Positions 36,219 through 38,622 of a DNA stretch of 38,622 bases are shown one piece after another. This DNA comes from Chthonomonadales bacterium (lineage in GTDB: Bacteria > Armatimonadota > Chthonomonadetes > Chthonomonadales > CAJBBX01): contig JBBIPC010000027.1 in assembly GCA_037443035.1 (NCBI GenBank), forward strand, positions 1 through 38,622, in the 5' to 3' direction. The notes beneath the pieces were generated by a model. That model did no database searches, was not told the DNA's origin, and saw nothing but the letters and a program-made list of their open reading frames with translations. The position numbers and the translations under genes were made by a program. The stretch's first letter is position 1. Each line of letters begins with the position of its first letter.

Positions 36219-36240
36219 CTTGACGATAGCGAAGGCGTAG

Positions 36241-36423
36241 CTAGCTCGTGGCTCCTTCAGTGGGTGCCGCTTTGGTCGTCGTCCTGCGGCGCGTGCGGGG
36301 CTTTGTCACGGCGGGCGCCGTAACCGTTGTGGGCTGGGCCTTGCGCAGGCCGCGGATCTTCTGCTTGATCCGCTCCTCCTGCCGCTTCCGCATGCGCCTG
36401 ACTTCCTTTTGACGTATACGCAC
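36241..36423 (-). CDS. Small (60 aa) highly basic protein
   Basis: GTG 36423 with AGGAG upstream: MRIRQKEVRRMRKRQEERIKQKIRGLRKAQPTTVTAPAVTKPRTRRRTTTKAAPTEGATS; own near-consensus promoter. Confidence 0.7.
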   Translation of the reverse strand: MRIRQKEVRRMRKRQEERIKQKIRGLRKAQPTTVTAPAVTKPRTRRRTTTKAAPTEGATS

Positions 36424-36457
36424 TCTGCGCTCCTGATGCAAAGGATGACGGAGGCTG

Positions 36458-36486
36458 AGTATAGCCCATTCGAGCTCGCATGTCAA
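36458..36486 (-). promoter_or_regulatory. Near-consensus sigma70 promoter for the small basic protein
   Basis: Minus strand TTGACA (36486-36481), 17 bp spacer, TATACT (36463-36458). Confidence 0.75.
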
Positions 36487-36535
36487 CGCGCGGTTCGAAC
36501 TGCGGCTGAACACGGACAGCAGACCGGTCAGATGG

Positions 36536-38584
36536 TTATCTCTTCATGCGGAGTGTGACAACGCACACGGCCGCTGCCGGAAGCTGGAGGCGTAGGGAGC
36601 GACCGTTGGCCGTCAGGGACTCGATGCGCGGAGCGACGCGGTCCGGCTGCTCCAGGTCGTTCGTCGCTCGGAGATCGGCAGCCAGTATCTCCGCCTGAGC
36701 ATCGCGTACGGGCCACGGCAGCTCCAGCTCCACCTCTCGCCCACGCTCGGCATCCCTATTGACCATGCACGCAACCCAGCGGCCCTTGGCCTCCCCGACG
36801 ACCACATCCACCCAGGGCACGTCCCGAACCGCCGGCAGGAATCGGCGGCGCGGCACATCATACGCAGGTCCGCTCACTTCGATGGGCAAGAGTCTCTCGG
36901 GCATAGCTTGGCCATACATGCGCTGGACATGAATCATAGGGGTCACATAGACCACGCCCCGGTGCTTCCGGATGCATCCGCCGTGCATGAGAGCGGTTAC
37001 GTTGGCGATGTCCACAATGGCGGCTGCACGCATCAGGGCATGGAAGAACAGCCCGGCGTAGACTGCGCCGGAGTGATCGTCATGGTTGGGGAACTCGCGC
37101 CATTCCCGACCGCCCACGATGATCCCCCACTCGGTAACAGCGGCCTTCGGCACCGGAGAGCCGCCTCGCTCCTCGAGTAGCCGCTGCAGCTGGGGAACGA
37201 ACTCCTGGGACCACCACAGCGGATGGGCCATGGCGCTGGCGAAGATATCGGCGTAGCTGTGCTGTGCATGCAGACCCGACGGCAGTGGCACGAGGGGATG
37301 AAGGGACAGATGGTGAGGTGGACGCCCATCCTCCCGCGCCGCGTCCAACACTGCCGTATTCCATTGCCGGTCGAACTCCAGTCCCTCGCCGGCGAACTGA
37401 TCTCCTTTGCCGGTGGCAATGACCTCGATGGACGGATCGGCGGCGAGCATGGCTTTACGAAACTCCAAGAAGCGGCGGGCGTTGCCAGCGGCGCCCGTAT
37501 GACCGATCTGCCAGCTGCCGTAGAGTTCGTTACCGACTTCCCATACGCGGACGTTGTACGGCTCAGGATGGCCATTGGCGGCACGCCGGGCGCCCATGGG
37601 TGTCGTGACGTCGCCGTTGCAGTACTCCACCCATGCGGCGGCTTCCGCGGGGGTACCGTTGCCAGCATTGACGCAGATGTGCGGCTTGGCACCGATCCTG
37701 GCGCAGAATGCCATGAACTCATCCGTGCCGAAGTGATGGGTCTCCAGCCCGCTCCAGGCAGGATTCGGGACCGTGGGCCGGAGCTCCCGTGGCCCTATGC
37801 CATTCTGCCAGTGATAGCCGCTGACGAAATTGCCGCCGGGCCAGCGCAGCAGCTCGATCTTCAGGCTCTTGGCGATCTGAACGACCTCTGGATCCACACC
37901 GTGCACGGCGTCTGCTGGGAAAATCTCCAGCATATCCACGTCCAGGGTGCCAGTCTCGGCGGTTAGAACCAGATCTAGCAGCTCAGCTCGTGCCACAGCG
38001 CCCTGCGGAATCCGCATGTCCAGTCGTCGTGGGAGCCACCGGCTTCCGCCGGCACGGACACGCGCCACGGCCACTTCCGAGCCGTCCTTCTTGCGCAGAC
38101 TCACCACGAGAACCGGCGCCTTACTGCTGAGCGACCGTATCCACACCGTTCCTCGGTAGCGCCGTTCCCGATGCACAGGTAGAGCCACCTGCTGTATGGC
38201 CAGGTCGCCTTCCGTCAGACGGAGGGAGCGCCCGACCAGCCCCTCTTCCAGCCAGACGGCGCCATGCAGTGCCCATCGCGCCAAAGTGCCGTTCCTATCC
38301 GCCTCGAACTGGGGGTTGTAGACCACGTTGGCCCACAGCGCCTCGTAGATGGAACCGCCCAGATGCTCCAGGAAGTTGCTGAAGAGGCGCGGCGAGACTC
38401 GTGGAAGCTCCCCCGAGGGCCTCCCTACAACGACGCGCGTCACCTCACTCTCGGAGCGGTGAAAGACCACTGCACTCGTCGGACTGACTTGCTGAGCAGG
38501 CGGTATGACTTGCAGTGCCGGCATTAGGACACCGAGCGACAACACCTTCGGGACCCCCCTTCCGTCCGCAAGAGCCCTCCACAC
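36536..38584 (-). CDS. GH51 alpha-L-arabinofuranosidase with CBM-like insert
   Basis: FSNFLEHLG, LRWPGGNF, FGTDEF, AAAWVEYCN, WEVGNE (acid/base), VTEWG (nucleophile). Exact start uncertain. Confidence 0.88.
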   Translation of the reverse strand: MWRALADGRGVPKVLSLGVLMPALQVIPPAQQVSPTSAVVFHRSESEVTRVVVGRPSGELPRVSPRLFSNFLEHLGGSIYEALWANVVYNPQFEADRNGTLARWALHGAVWLEEGLVGRSLRLTEGDLAIQQVALPVHRERRYRGTVWIRSLSSKAPVLVVSLRKKDGSEVAVARVRAGGSRWLPRRLDMRIPQGAVARAELLDLVLTAETGTLDVDMLEIFPADAVHGVDPEVVQIAKSLKIELLRWPGGNFVSGYHWQNGIGPRELRPTVPNPAWSGLETHHFGTDEFMAFCARIGAKPHICVNAGNGTPAEAAAWVEYCNGDVTTPMGARRAANGHPEPYNVRVWEVGNELYGSWQIGHTGAAGNARRFLEFRKAMLAADPSIEVIATGKGDQFAGEGLEFDRQWNTAVLDAAREDGRPPHHLSLHPLVPLPSGLHAQHSYADIFASAMAHPLWWSQEFVPQLQRLLEERGGSPVPKAAVTEWGIIVGGREWREFPNHDDHSGAVYAGLFFHALMRAAAIVDIANVTALMHGGCIRKHRGVVYVTPMIHVQRMYGQAMPERLLPIEVSGPAYDVPRRRFLPAVRDVPWVDVVVGEAKGRWVACMVNRDAERGREVELELPWPVRDAQAEILAADLRATNDLEQPDRVAPRIESLTANGRSLRLQLPAAAVCVVTLRMKR

Positions 38585-38622
38585 GCCGTGGTAGCTCCTG
38601 TGATGCGGTCATTGTGGCACGG

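Noticed and set aside
1..38622. CRISPR arrays, tRNA/rRNA, intact IS, prophage or defence systems
   Set aside because: No regularly spaced repeats, RNA gene signatures or hallmark proteins were recognised by eye; covariance-model searches were not run.

Overview
GC-rich bacterial chromosomal window; the gene content and style suggest Armatimonadota (inference, not searched). About 26 intact CDSs are mixed together. Housekeeping genes: dnaA, recF, mazG/yabN, a PrsA-like foldase, dapF and an alkaline phosphatase. Carbohydrate genes: GH2, GH4, GH51, GH13-like, GH5-like, DUF1080, a PmoA-family protein, a large unclassified GH-like protein and an orphan ABC permease. Also a tricorn-like S41 protease. 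No rRNA, tRNA, CRISPR array or intact mobile element was recognised. Best candidates for new biology: (1) an ECF sigma factor translationally coupled to the first of two tandem paralogs that fuse a zinc-binding anti-sigma-like N-terminus and a TM helix to a large extracytoplasmic domain ending in a GspG/pseudopilin-like motif, followed by an internally duplicated HEAT/TM protein; (2) a DnaA with an altered DNA-recognition helix, next to recF with no dnaN and flanked by degenerate box-like 9-mers. Features absent from the ORF track were read by hand: a GYF_2-TM2 gene at the left edge, a transposase remnant, an Ig-like domain fragment with a REP-like element, and a structured intergenic region downstream of a small basic protein that has a near-consensus promoter. 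All family assignments come from motif recognition, not database searches.
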